A stretch of DNA of 64,000 nt from the human T2T-CHM13v2.0 reference genome, Homo sapiens (GCF_009914755.1 NC_060925.1); one strand, 5' to 3'; shown: positions 47,498-61,810, counted from the first letter of the stretch. Notes: generated from the letters alone by a model not told the origin. Numbers and translations: made by a program.

Positions 47498-48136
47498 GAA
47501 CAATGCTAGATTATTGGGGAAAATCAGAATAATTTGAATGCCATCACACTATCCACAGGAAAGGCATATTTGTTTATACAAAATTGTCACAAAGAGAAAC
47601 GAGAAAATCTTTTGTGATCATGCAGGACCAGAAAGTGATCAAAATATATGGTTCTGTAGAAATAAATGTTTAGCTTGAAAGAAATTGGCAGTTTTCCTCT
47701 TTGTATTTGCTACCAAATTTCTTCAACCTTAAAGTTTTACAAAATTGTTGATACACAGGAAGAAATGAGAAAAGAGAATATAGGAGAATTTATTTTAGCC
47801 AGCGAGAAATTTTAGAATTTGGTGGATATAATGTATAATATAACTATAAATTCAAAACTGTACTTGTCTGTGATATCATTAGTAGAATCTTTTAGAAATC
47901 AGGATTTTAAAAATATTAATATTTGTAAAATTAACATTGACACTTAATACAAAACATACATTACCTTGTTATGTTGCTGCATATCCAGAGTGTAAACTAA
48001 TGATGAAAATGATAATAATGATCACAATCATGCTAACAGAAAATAACATTTGTTGGGTTCTTACTCTTTAACATATTACCTACCGTTTCTCATTGAGTTT
48101 TGTGGAGATAGTATGCTCAATGATTTTACTAGATAA

Positions 48137-48565
<429 letters not shown>

Positions 48566-49179
48566 CACACAATATTTCTTAAAATATTATGGATTTATAT
48601 TTTATCTTTTTAAATCCACCATTAATGTAAATGTATTCACCAGACCCTTAGGGTTTCAGCAAAGAACGTGAACTTTTCTCAATTCATTTGTTTATTCACT
48701 GGTAATATTTCATATTGAAATTGAGAAGACGAGAGAATTATGATAAAAGTTGCTTTTGTCCAGTCAATGCTATTAAGCGAGTTAACCATAGACATTCTCT
48801 CAAATCAGCTAATAGAATTGTATTTTCAGTGGATATTTTTAATTGCATTAAATACAAAAGATATAAACTAAATTATTCATCCTAATTATACAAAAAAGAT
48901 GATAAACTTAAGCAATATGACTATCTGTATAATTCACTCAGAAATTAAGATTTTCAAATCACCAACAGTTTAGATCAAAACAAAAGGTATAAATAAAAGG
49001 CCTCTAAAGGCATCAACTACCTCCTAAATTTCAATAACAGAATCTTTTATGAAATTTAAATTAATACAGCATTATTGAATATACATGAAGCAGAATAATG
49101 CTTAAATATATTTGTGCCAATCTGGTTTTGGAGAAAGTTTTAAACTTTATGAAGTCCTAATATATAAATTGTTTTTATA

Positions 49180-49486
49180 TTATGGAATACTTACAAATAT
49201 CTAATGAGCTTTCTTGGCAATGAGACCTAAGTCTAAACATAAAATTTATTTATGTTTCATATATGTCTTATGTACATAACCTGAAGGTAATTTTATACAA
49301 TATTTTAAATAAATTTGTTCATGAAACAAAGTTTTGATGGCATTTTATTATGATCTGTCACCTAAGATCAAGTAAGAAATTTTCTGATGGCATGTAGGTG
49401 CTCAATTTTAGATTTTAGAGTATTCTGGATTGGGGGCATTCCTAATCCAAAAATCTGAAATCCAAAGTGCTACAAAATTTGAAACT
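49180..49486. mobile_element. MER46/Tigger4-type DNA transposon fragments
   Basis: AGTCTAAACATAAAATTTATTTATGTTTCATATA...CCTGAAGGTAATTTTATAC, and GCATTCCTAATCCAAAAATCTGAAATCC. Confidence 0.7.
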
Positions 49487-49700
49487 ATACACACCAATAC
49501 ACAAACATATTTATATTTAGTTTCCTGACATGTGTGCCTGTATATGTGTGTGTTGCTTTTACAGACCATGTCTTTGTGTTGGACATGTCAATTTAATATG
49601 CCTGCCATATCCCAATTCCATTTAACATAATTTGTCTTCTTCGAACTCTTAAAAGAGATATGCAACATACCAGCTGACCTCACATGAATGGTTATAGATA

Positions 49701-52350
49701 CAGGCATGCCTCATTTTATTATTATTTTATTTATTGCACTTTGCAGATATCACTTTTTTTTTTTTAACAAATTGAAGGTCTGTGGCAATCCTGCATCCAG
49801 CAAGTTATTGGCATTGTTTTCCAACAGCATGTGCTCACTTCTTGTGTTTGTGTCTCATTTTGGTAATTATCACAATATTTCAGGCTTTTAAATTATTACG
49901 TTATGGTAGTCTTTGATGGTGGTCTGTGATCATTGATCTTTGATATTACTATTGTAATTGTTTTGGAGTGCCTGCCATGAGCCACACCCATGTAGATTTA
50001 ATAAATGTTGTGTGCATTCCAACTGCTTTGCCAACTGCTCTCTCATCTCTCTCACTCTCCTTGGGCTTCTCTATTTCCTCAGAAAAAAATTGAAATTAGG
50101 CCAATTAATAACCCTATAATAGCCTCTAAGTCATGGGTGTTCAATCTTTTGACTTCCTTAGGCCACATTGGAAGAAGAATTGTCTTGGGCCACATATAAA
50201 ATATACTATCACTAATGATAGCTGTTAAGCTAAAAAACAAAATCAGAAAAAAACTCATAATGTTTTAAGAAAGTTTACGAAATTTGTGTTGGTCAACGCA
50301 TATCCTGGGCTGCAGGCTGAGCGTTGAACAAGCTTGTTGCAAGTGTCCAAGTGAAAGGAAGAGTTGCATATCTCCCTCTCACTTTAAATTGAAATCTCGA
50401 AATGATTAAGCTTAGTGAGGAAGGGATGTTGAAAGCTGAGAAAGGCAGAATGCTAGTCCTTTTGCATCAAGCAGTTAACCAAGTTGTGAATGCAAAGGAA
50501 AAGTTCTTGAAGTAAATTAAAAGTGCTACCCCAGTGAACACACCAATGATAATAAAATGAAACAACTGTATTACTGATATAGAAAACATTTTAGTGGTCT
50601 GGATAAAAGATCGAAACAGCTACAATAGTCTCTTAAGCCAAACTCAAATCCAGAGCAAGACCCTAACTGTCTTCAATTCTGTGAAGGCTGACGGAGGTGA
50701 GGAAGCTGCTGAAGAAAAGTTGGAAGCTAGAGGAGGTTGGCTCATGAGGTTTAAGAAGCTATCTCTATAACATAAAAGTCTAAGATGAAGCAGCAAGTGC
50801 TGATGCAAAAGCTGCAGCAAATGATCCAGAAGATCTAGCTAAGATCATCAAAGAAAGTGCCTACAGTGAAGAACAGATTTTCAATGCAGAAAAACAGCCT
50901 TCTGTTGGAAGAAGATAGCATCTAACACTTTCATAGCTAGAAAGCAGAAGTCAATATCTGGCTTTTAAAGCCTCAAAGGACAATCTGAGTCTCTAGTTAG
51001 GGGCTAATGCAGCTGGCAACTTGATGTTGAAGCCAATGGTCATTTATCATTCCAAAACTTCTAGGACCCTTAAGAGTTATGCTAAATCTACTCTGCTTGT
51101 GCTGTATAAAATGGAATAACAAAGCCTTGATGGCAACACTTCTATTTACAGCATGGTATGCTGAATATTTTATGCCCTATATTGAGACCTACCCTTCAGA
51201 CAAAAATATTCTCTTAAAAAATATTACTGCTCTTTAACAATGAACCTGATCACCCAAGAGTTCTGATGGACACATACAAGGAAATCATGTTGCATTCATG
51301 CCTGCTAACAAAACATCCATTCTACAGCACATAGATCAAGGAGTAATGTTTGCTTTGTAGTCTTATTGTTTAAGAAGTATTTTAAGGCTATAGGGCTATA
51401 GCTGCTATAGATAGTGATTACTTTGATGGATCTGGGCAAAGTAAATTGAAAATCTTCTGGAAATAATTCACCATTCTAGATGCCATTAGTGATTTCTGGG
51501 AAGAAGTCAAAATATCAACATTTGTAGAAGTTTGGAAGAAGTCGATTCCAGCCCTCATGGATAACTTTGAGGGATTCAAGACTTCAGTGGAAGTCCCTGA
51601 AGACGTGGTGGAAATAGCAAGATGAATTAGAATTAGACGTAAAGAATTAGAATTAAAATTAGAATTAGATATAATGCCTGAAGATGTGACTGAATCACTG
51701 CAGTCTTCTGATAAAACGAACAGATGAGGAATTCCTTCTTATGGCTGAACAAAGAAAGTGACTGATTTCTTGAGATGGATTCTACTCCTAGTGAAGATAC
51801 TGTGAACATGTTTTGAAATAAAAAAAAATTATTTAAAATATTTCAAAAACTTAGTAGATAAAGCAGTGGCAGAGTTTGAGAGGATTTACTCCAGTTTTGA
51901 AAGAAGATCTACCATGGGTAAGATACTATAAAAGGAAATAGCATGCTACAGAGAAATCTTTCATGAAAGAAAGAGTCAATAGATGTGACAAACTTCATTT
52001 GTTGTCTTATTTCAAGAACTTGGCATAGCCATCCCAATCTTCAGCAACCACCATTCTGATTAGTCAACGGCCATCAACATGGAGGCAAGACCCTCCACAA
52101 GCAAAAAAATTACATCTAATTGAAGGCTTAAATGATTGTTAGCACTTTTTAACAATAAAGTATTTTTAATTAAGGTTTGTACATTGTCTTTTAGACATAA
52201 TGCTAGTGCACACTTAATGGATTACAGTAAGTGTAAACATAAATTTTTTATCGACTGGGAAACCAAAATATCATCTGACTTACCTTTCTGCAATATTTGC
52301 ATTATTTGGGGGTCTGGAACTAAGCCTGCAGTATTTCAGATGAATGCCTA
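49701..52350 (+). mobile_element. Near full-length Tigger1 with decayed transposase
   Basis: TA|CAGGCATGCC...GAATGCCTA|TA. About 2.4 kb once the MER30 is removed. The transposase has multiple stops. Confidence 0.94.
50132..50336 (+). mobile_element. MER30 (hAT-Charlie) nested in Tigger1
   Basis: CATGGGTGTTCAATCTTTTG...GGCCACATTGGAAGAAGAATTGTCTTGGGCCAC...GTTGAACAAGCTTG. Degenerate 8-bp TSD CTCTAAGT/TTGCAAGT. Confidence 0.88.
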
Positions 52351-52710
52351 TAATTAGGCTGGAGTGTATATTTGATTCTAGGAGATCCAATCAATAGTCA
52401 ATCAGTTTTTTCTTTAATTATCAGAAATAAGAGGCAGAGAAACTGTATTCTGAAGGCAACAGGTTCTGCGTTGGACAAGTTATGTAAAAGTTTTGGCCTG
52501 AGCTGACAACATTGCAAATTATTACAACCTCCTAAATGATGAATAAACAGAAAGGGTGGGCAGGGAAAATTCAGTTGTAGACTAAAAGAGTGGAACAGAC
52601 TCTAAGAAGCAAGAAACCGCAGGATCAGAAAGATGTGAAGCTAAAGTGCTTGTTTTAAGATGCCTTGGATCCTATGAGTCCACATTTCCTTTTCAAATCT
52701 TTTAAAATAT

Positions 52711-53538
52711 TCAAAAGAAGACATTTATGCAGCCAAAAAACACATGAAAAAATGCCCACCATCACTGGCCATCAGAGAAATGCAAATCAAAACCACAATG
52801 AGAAACCATCTCACACCAGTTAGAATGGCAATCATTAAAAAGTCAGGAAACAACAGGTGCTGGAGAGGATGTGGAGAAACAGGAACACTTTTATACTGTT
52901 GGTGGGACTGTAAACTAGTTCAACCATTGTGGAAGTCAGTGTGGCGATTCCTCAGGGATCTAGAACTAGAAATACCATTTGACCCAGCCATCCCATTACT
53001 GGGTATGTACCCAAAGGACTATAAATCATGCTGCTATAAAGACACATGCACACGTATGTTTATTGCGGCATTATTCACAATAGCAAAGACTTGGAACCAA
53101 CCCAAATGTCCAACAATGATAGACTGGATTAAGAAAATGTGGCACATATACACCATGGAATACTATGCAGCCATAAAAAATGATGAGTTCATGTCCTTTG
53201 TAGGGACATGGATGAAATTGGAAATCATCATTCTCAGTAAACTATCACAAGAACAAAAAACCAAACACCGCATAGTCTCACTCATAGGTGGGAATTGAAC
53301 AATGAGAACACATGGACACAGGAAGGGGAACATCACACTCTGGGGACTGTTGTGGGGTGGGGGGAGGGGGGAGGGATAGCATTGGGAGATATACCTAATG
53401 CTAGATGACGAGTTAGTGGGTGCAGTGCACCAGCATGGCACATGTATACATATGTAACTAACATGCACATTGTGCACATGTACCCTAAAACTTAAAGTAT
53501 AATAATAATAAATAAAATAAAATAAAATAAAATAAAAA
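52711..53538 (+). mobile_element. 5'-truncated L1PA3-like LINE-1 (ORF2 C-terminus 52744-53298 plus 3'UTR)
   Basis: ORF ends ...SLIGGN. 3'UTR variants AACACATGG, AACATCACAC, CACATTGTG. (TAAAA)n tail. Confidence 0.94.
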
Positions 53539-54199
53539 TTCACCCAGCCTGTTTTTCTTGGAATATTTTGAATGGGCATTTATTCTTTACAACTAAAATG
53601 ATTTTCTTGTTTGGCTTTTCTTTCATTAGATAAATGTATACATCTTGGAAAAAAATTAGCATATCAGGACAAAGTTACATTTATACAATTATATTTCATT
53701 ATTTTTCACTAAAAAATATGTTACTATAAAGCAGGTGGCAGAGTTTAACTTGGAAAAGAAAGCCAATACAATGATGGTCTTTAAATGTGGATGGAGAGGC
53801 CTCCAAGGCATGCCAATGTGTCCTACAGCATGACACAGCTGCTGGAGGAGGCAGAGGTGAGGGTAAGAAACAATGTAAAATATTATAAGGGAGGTGACTC
53901 AAACCACATGGAGTATGTGCACATGTGTGTAAACATGGATAGAACTTATGTTTCTAACAAAGTGATTCATTTTCTGAAGTCAGGGACTGTTTTATTCTCT
54001 TGTACTTCTCAATGTCTTGAATAGCAATAAGTCCATAGAAGGAGCCAAATAAATAAATGAATCTGAGTTTTGCCTTCCTCAATGACCTTGGGCAAACTGT
54101 TTAATCTTGATTACAACACAAATATTTTTTATAGCTATAATAAACTACAGCTGTGTTGTGATTGGAATAGATGAATGAATGAATGAATGAATGTTTTTT

Positions 54200-54600
54200 C
54201 AGAACCTGTTAGTACCAGCATATTAGCAAGGTTAGCAAATAATCCTAAGCCCTCCAAATCTAGGGCTTTCTCACTCCCCTATCCCCACAAAAAGATGGAT
54301 TTCTTACTCACCTCACATGATAGCTGCAAATAACTGCTGGTCTGCTCCATGTGTTTTCTCCATCATGGAATCCAGCCTGAAGGTGAAGCTCCTGTCTCCC
54401 ACATTGCTGATCTGGTGGCAGAGGGAAAGGAGCAATTGAATAACAACGTGATTATGCTTTAAGTTGCTGCTCAGCAATGTCATAAGTTATTTCTACTAAC
54501 ACGTACATTGACCAAAGTCAGTCACCTGACTCAATGGGATGAACTTACAAACCACTCACAGAAACTAATACTGCAAATAACATGGCAATGAGAAGTAGGA
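54200..54600 (-). mobile_element. Old MLT1-type LTR
   Basis: GATTTCTTACTCAC...CTGCTCCATGTG...GTGGCAGAGGGAAAG...CATTGACCAAAGTCAGTCAC. Confidence 0.6.
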
Positions 54601-54825
54601 TATGGAAAGACCCAAGACATTTCTGGATTAGGTATTGTTCCCTGAAAGCAAAACATCTTCAGTTCTTTATTTGTCATGGATCTTGGAACTGACGTCTACA
54701 AAGACCTTCTTTTTCCATTCTCTTCCTTGGCCATATCTGAAGAGGTTATTAAAGGATATGCCCTTCTTGGTGGCTCAGATGGCTTTGCAGCCTATTTTCT
54801 GCCTGTAAAAGTTTGGATCTCTATA

Positions 54826-55013
54826 TGGGGTTACAAGATAAAATATAGTGTTCACTGTTAAATTTGAATTTTGATAAACTACAAATAATATTTTAGCGTA
54901 TGTCCTAAATATTGCATGAGATATAATTATACTAAAAATATTATTTGTTATTTATTTGAAATTCAAAGTTAATTAGGCATTCTGTATTTTTATTTATTAC
55001 TCTGGACACCTTA
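54826..55013. mobile_element. MER53 palindromic hAT MITE
   Basis: AGATAAAATA...GTTAAATTTGAATTT ... AAATTCAAAGTTAA...CTGTATTTT; self-complementary arms. Confidence 0.85.
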
Positions 55014-55818
55014 GTACTCAAAGGGAATTTCAAGTCTCAAATAATTATAGTCTGTTTAATTTAGAGTGCTGGCACAACTCTCTCAAAAGCATAGTAAGAT
55101 TTTTATTTATTTGATACCAGTTTCCAGTGCCAATGTACACACTTTTTCCCCCTAAAATAGGCCTTTCTCTCTAGTTTTAGCTGCCAGTCATTTAAACTTA
55201 GCAAGATTCTATGGGAAGGTCTTACTCTGAGTCTCCTTTCCATGAGAAATTTTGACCAATTGGAAAGATTGAATGGGTGCCACATTAGTTATTTCTGAGT
55301 TTTAATAATAGGCTTTAGCTCCCTTAACCCCCAATTTGGTCTTTGTCTTGAGGCTGAGTGTTAACGAGCCTTTGTCACTAAAATTTCACAATGTTACGTT
55401 TTACTGACAGAAATGTAAAGGAATTACACCTCTTGTCTCTGTTAGTAAACTGGCCAATTCTTTTCTCATCTTGTTCTTCAAGTACCTTATCAAATGCTGC
55501 CAACATTACATGAGTAGCTTTCTGTTTTCCAACGTCTCCACGTACAGCTCAAGCTCATACAATACATTGCCTGTCTTCTAAGTAATTACAAGCAACAATT
55601 ATATTAAATGTTCCGCTTATACATATGCATAATAAGTTGTCTTGCATCCCATCAACAATAAATACCCTCTTAGACAACTACCCCGTTCAAAAGCCAATGG
55701 CACATATATTGGTGTTCTGTTTCAGCAGAACACAGCTTACATGTTCCATTTTATTAATTAGTTAATTTTGCTAGGTTACACTGTACTCTGACAAAATCTT
55801 AGTGGTTTACTACAACTA

Positions 55819-56680
55819 AGGGTTGTCTTACTCCAGATCTGAGCAGAAAGGCTTTCAATTTTTCCCTGTTCAGTATGATGCTAACTGTGGGTTTGTCATC
55901 TATGGCCTTTGTTATTTTAAGGTATGCCCCTTCTATACCCAGTTTATTGAAGGGTTTTAATATAAAGGGAGGTTGAATTTTCTTGAATGCTTTTTCAGCA
56001 TGTATTGAAATGATCATATGGATTTTGTTCTTGGTTCTGTTAACGTGATGTATCATCTTCATTGATTTGTGTATGTTGGACTCATTGCAGCCTTGTGATA
56101 AAGCCCATTTGATCATGGTGAAAATCTGTTGTTGCATTCAGTTTGCTAGTATTTTGTGGAAGATTTTTGCATTTATATTTTTCAGTGATATTGGCTTATA
56201 GTTTTTGTCCTTGTTGTGTCCTTGTCTAGTTTTGATAACTGAGTAATGTTGGCTTCATATAACAAGTTTGAAAGTATTTCCTGCTGTTTGATTTTGATTT
56301 TGAAGAATTTGAATAAATTATTATTAGCTTTTCTTTAAATGCTTGGTAGAATTCAGCCATGAAACCATCGGGTCTTGAGCTTTTCTTTGGTGGGAGACTT
56401 GTTTTATGGCTTCAGTCCTTTACTTGCTATTGGTTTATTTAGGTTTTCTAGTTCTTCATGGTTCAATCTTGGTAGTTGCATGTATCCAGGAAATTAACCA
56501 TTTCTTCTAGGCTTTCCAATTTGTTGACTTATAGTTGTTCATAATAGTCTCTAGTGATTCTTTGTGCTTTCAGCTGTTATGTCTCCTTTTTCATTTCTGA
56601 TTTTATTGGGTCTTTTCACTTTTTTTTCTTAGTCTAGCTAGAGATTCGTTGATTTTGTTTGTCTTTTCACAAAAAACAAT
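55819..56680 (-). mobile_element. Older L1 (L1PB/L1MA) ORF2 RT fragment
   Basis: ORF 55799..56137 contains [19 protein letters not shown]...[17 protein letters not shown]. Confidence 0.88.
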
Positions 56681-59600
56681 TATTAGGTGTTAGTAAAGCA
56701 ACTTACTTGTATGGAGAAATTTTATGTCGGAGAATAACAAGAGCTATTATATGTGAAGGTAAATAATAAAAATTATTTAAAGATTTCTTGTAAATTTAGA
56801 CTTTTTTCTGCAGAATACGTGGAGGCAAGTAGTGTCTTCATGAAACCAGGCTCTTAAGATACTGAAATAGTATCAACGTGTTGAGTATTAAAAAGTGACA
56901 CAATTGAGTGGTACTATGCCACTTCAGTGTACTGAGGAAGTAAATGTTAACTTTGCAATTGCTATATACTGTAAAAAAAAAAGAAAGAAAGAAAGAAGAC
57001 AACTAGAAGATTATTATATAGTTGGCATGTGTCTTAAGTCCTACCTGAGATTAGAAAGTTTCATTGAATTTTTCTGGCTAAAAAAATTAAATTAAATCAA
57101 TTATAAAAGTATTCTACTTACACTTGTCATTTTAGCATCAATGGAATTAGAAAAAAAAGTACAGTGACTGAAAAAAATCTTGCAAAATAAAGCTAATATT
57201 TAAAAAAATTTTGATTCCTTGAAACCTCCTCAAATTACGACTTTGTGCCACCTCATTGTGAGTCATTAATCAATGCACACTTAACCAAGAAAATAAATTA
57301 AAAATTAATTTTGTGCATTGAAAAAAATCCAAATCGACTTGTCAGTAAGAGAACTAAACTCAATTCTAAATCGCATGTGTGAAAACAAAGAGAGGCATGA
57401 AATTTTAGGGACTGTCACATTAGCTGAAGATGTCTTAACATGAATGTGCCACTGTTGTTAAATGAGAGCAGGAAAAGGAACTAAGAGTTTTCAAATATCA
57501 ATGTCCATTGCTTTTCAGAAACAGCATGTACAGACTGGGTTTACTTGTGCTATGTCCATCAAGATACTCAAGTTACTAGAATCTTACGTTTTGGAGTCTC
57601 ACTTATAGAAGGACCTTGCCCTGAAAGAAAGGTGAGGGGAAATAACTTCAGATTAAGGTGCAGGAGACCTGAGCTATAATTCCTGCTCTGCCACTTATCA
57701 TGTCTAGGTCTTCTGGTAAGACTTAATTTACCTCTGTCTCAGTTTTCTCTGACAGGAGGGAGTTGGACTTAGTTCAAAAATCACAAAACAACAATGGAGA
57801 TTTCACCACTTTCTTCTTTTTACATTGGATTAAATAAACTATTATCTAAAGATTTGGGGTCTTCATATTTCACACAGAAATATATATCGAGTAGCAAAAT
57901 CTTAAAAGAGTATTAAACATCTTCTAAAACACGACACTGTGAAATATCCCAGAGAAACTTTAATTATATGATTATCTAAATACTTGATGGTCTAGAGTCT
58001 CTATTAAATTGATTAAACTTAATGATTAAATTGTAAATACCCTCAAATATTAGCCACACAACCAAAAGATCACTTGAGTAGTTGTTTCCTACATTCAGCT
58101 CTGAAATATGCCAAATCTGTGTTTATAAACAATCTTCATTAAGTCTGACAGGCACTGTTGATCTGAGTTAAGTCTCTAATTCTGGGCATCCAAGGCCTCT
58201 GTCCTCTCTTTCTTCATCTCTTATTGTTTTCATGATGAGATGAATTAAAATTCTTATTTGTTATGCATTTGGCGTACCACCACTCTTCCTGCTCATCTGT
58301 GCTTATAAGATTTTACCCTGCTTGCATAAGTGTTCCTGAGCCCTCAATTTTGAACAGCTGTGAGGAAGGCTGGTTAACTATTTGTAAACACCACCCAATG
58401 ATGCTTGACAGTGATGGCAGTCTTGCAGAATACTGAAGTGCTATTTTACTGGGAGTGATAATGAGACTGTCTTGTCCAGAGGTCTGGTTATTACACCAAC
58501 ACTAAACATTATCATTTAGTTGTCTGGTGTAAAATAATGAATTAGTCCCATATATTTTATGAGGCTATATCCACATTTTTTTCATAACAGAAAACATATA
58601 CAGCTATGAGTTTTATTGATATAATTCAAATTTACACCATTACTGAGTTTTCTAATTATCTGCCTTGGTTAGCTTTCAGAACAAATACAGAATTTATATT
58701 GTGAATTACTCCTTCTTTTACTAAAAAAAAGTCTTTTTATCGAGTTGTTGGCATGACGTGATTACTAACTAGTAGTTATATATATATTTATATATATATA
58801 AAATTACTCATATATATGCATATATATATATACATATGAGATTATTTGAAGTAGAAAGTAGGTTTTCTAGGAAAAAATAAAAAATAAAACCAAAGAAAAA
58901 TAGAGTTAATAACCTTTACAAGAGTAATATGATATTTAATTATATAAATGACATATTATTCATATGTTTTATGTCATACAGTATTAATGTATAATATTAT
59001 ACATAATAATACATTTTTATAAAGACCCAAATATTTTTCCTATATGGTCTATAAGCTTAGAAATAACAATTGCTTTTATTATATCAAATTACAAGCTAGC
59101 TCTAAGAAGTCACTCTTACTAATTAGGGTTGAATAACAAAGACAATTCCAATTGAAAAAGGGCACGGTTTCTAATGAGAGATCAGTAAATAGTTGTTGAA
59201 TAAATGTATAAAAAGTTATGAAAGCTTCCACTTTTTTTCTAAGAGCATGTAGCTTAAGTTGCAAAGATGCAAATAAAAGCTGTGTTTCTCATTGCAATTC
59301 AAGACCTGTGCTGCTCCCATTTTTATGCATGTAGCTTTATATACCTAAATCTTTTTTTATGTTACTAATATCATTTTGTAGATTTCTTTGTAAAGTTTGT
59401 GCACACTTTTCATAAAGTATGCACATTACTAAAGTATTTATAAAGTTGTTGCTGATATGAATGACACTTATTTTTCAATTTTATTCTCCAACTGGTTATG
59501 GTAGGAATGAAAATAATATCATTCATATTAAATTCTCTTATTTATTCTAAAGTGTTTTGAGTACCTACTATGTGCAAGGAACTATGCTAGGAATTGGGAT

Positions 59601-59704
59601 AAGTGGGAAAAATACAAAGAATCTGTCTTCAAGGAGCTTATGGCCTACATGGGCCAATAACCCTGTCTTAAGTGAGGGCAGAATGGAAGAATTGTAGTTG
59701 AGAC

Positions 59705-60198
59705 TGTTGAGACAATTATCCTGTGGCATTCTTGCACCTCTCTATATCTCGATAGCAGAGGTACTGACTGCCTTTGTCCCAACTATCTTTTCAATGATAT
59801 TTGTACAGTGAATAGACTTGGAAGATATAGTATCTCGGTCCAGAGCGAAGGCAGGCTTGCTTATAGTCTTAGAAGTATAACCTCTCTCTTGGCAGCAAAA
59901 GGTAGACATGCTTATTATTCATTATAAAAGTTGGGCTCCCTAAGCTCAAGGTTTCTCTCCTGAAATGCAACAGGTATGCAGGTGTCACTTTAACCCTCTT
60001 GGCATCACCCTATGGGAACAGAGGGTCAGAGAATCAGAGAAAATACTAAAACTCTGCTACTGCTATTGCAATGATTAATAAATTTTTTTCCCTGACCCAG
60101 GAATGTCCCATCTTCTGCCAGCATCTATAAAACTATTGAAGCCTAACTTGTTAGCTTGCAAGTAGAGTAAACTATCAAACTTTTTAAAGTTCTTGACA
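59705..60198 (+). mobile_element. LTR47-like ERVL solo LTR
   Basis: TGTTGAGACAATT...GCAGAGGTACTGACTGCCTTTG...TTATAAAAGTTGGGCTCCCTAAGCTCA...AATAAA...TTCTTGACA. Confidence 0.75.
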
Positions 60199-60369
60199 TG
60201 GATCTAAAGTCAAAGTAGGACATAACCAAGCCAAAGCAGGCCAGGGGTAAGGACTTCATAAAGAGCATTGTGAAAAAAGGCCATCACATTTATTGGCCTG
60301 GTTTGTTCAGCATCACAGAAATGGACCTGCAGTTGAGGATATGAACTGGAAAGACCAAAATTTAACAGA

Positions 60370-60615
60370 TAATCCTAGCCTAATTTGCTGAGTGCTCACT
60401 GTGTTCTAGGCACTATTCACATTTCACATTAATTAACTTATTTAATTTTCTACAAACTTTCACATAGGGTATATTTGTGATTCTCATTTTATACTCGAAG
60501 AAACAAAGGCAAAGAAAAGATAAGTTACTTGTCCACAGTTCACATATTTAGTTAGAAGTAGAATCAGAATTCAAACTCAAGATGCATGACTCTAGAGTCC
60601 CTGGCTCTTGACCTT
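60370..60615 (-). mobile_element. MIR
   Basis: TGCTGAGTGCTCACTGTGTTCTAGGCAC...TAAGTTACTTGTCCACAGTTCAC...GACTCTAGAGTCC. Confidence 0.75.
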
Positions 60616-60711
60616 AGACTTTATATCTCAAGATGGACTTGAATAGAGGCCATATCATAAAAGTCTTGTAAAGCACACTTAGGACGATAGACTTCATGCT
60701 AGGAAAATGTG

Positions 60712-61119
60712 TGCTATAATTTGGATGTTTGCCCCTCCAAATCTCATGTTGCAATTTGATCCCCAGCGTTGGAGGTGGAGACGTAAAGGGGAGTGTTTTG
60801 ATCATGGGGGCGGATCCCTCATGAATGGCTTGGTGAGTTCTTGCTCTATTAGTTCTGACAAGAGCTGATTATGAAAAAGAGCCTGGCACATCCCCACTGT
60901 CTCTCTCTTGCTTCCTCTCTCTCCATATGATTTCTGCACAGATCTGCTTCCCTTCGCCTTCCACAATCAGTGGAAGCAGCCTGAAGCCTTCACTAGAAGC
61001 AGATGCTGGTGCCATGCTTCTTGTTCAGCCTGCAAAACAATGAGCCAAATAAATCTCCTTTCTTTATATATTACCCAGCCTCAGGTCTTCCTTTATAGCA
61101 ACACAAATGTACAAAGACA
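60712..61119 (+). mobile_element. MSTA/MSTB MaLR LTR, inserted in an L2 remnant
   Basis: TGCTATAATTTGGATGTTTGCCCCTCCAAATCTCATGTTG...GGATCCCTCATGAATGGCTTGG...TAGCAACACAAATGTACAAAGACA. Confidence 0.9.
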
Positions 61120-61810
61120 ATAAGTAACCACCAAGAGGCAGGGAAATGACCTGACAGTGATAAACTTTGTACTCTGGAAAAGGACAAATATCAGAGGCAG
61201 TGTAGAAGCTGCTGCAGTAGTCTAGGTTACAGACAATGATCACAAGAAGTTAAAAAGACAATTTGGGATCCCTTTTATAAGCTTTTTTTTTTTTTTTTTG
61301 AAATCTGTAGCACCAAGAACAATGTATAGTAGCAATATGTACTCAGCTGATACATTTCAAATCAATAAATTAATCTGGTCACCATCTTAAAACCTGTTTC
61401 TAATTCTAATAATATGAGTGTGCATTTGGTAAAATGTATACAAATGTGTAAGCATATGTGCACATGTATGTTTGTAAAAATTTTAAGACGCAAGTAATGG
61501 CAAAACTGAAAGACATTTCATTCAATTTTCTTTGATGTTGAGCTTTGCAGTTGGTGGATTGCTAAACCCCCTTAACTTGAAATCTCATGAAATGCTGTTT
61601 TATAAGCGGTGATGTTGGTCCTTGGATATAACCACATGTCCTGCTGCAGCCTGGATCTTGCATCAGGCAATTCCACAGCTTGAACTGGGTAATTTTTGTC
61701 AAACCATGGTTAGTTAACTTGGGCCTTTTTCTTAAACTGGAGCTTGCATTGGCAATCTAGATTTCCTGTTTTTTTGCAGCCATAACATGCAACGGTGAAA
61801 GAAGCAAAAG

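Noticed and set aside
57270-57321. 10-bp inverted repeat TCAATGCACA/TGTGCATTGA
   Set aside because: Short, with no stem extension; compatible with chance.
58232-58339. Box C (ATGATGA) and box D (CTGA) spacing suggestive of a snoRNA
   Set aside because: No terminal stem and no identifiable rRNA guide.
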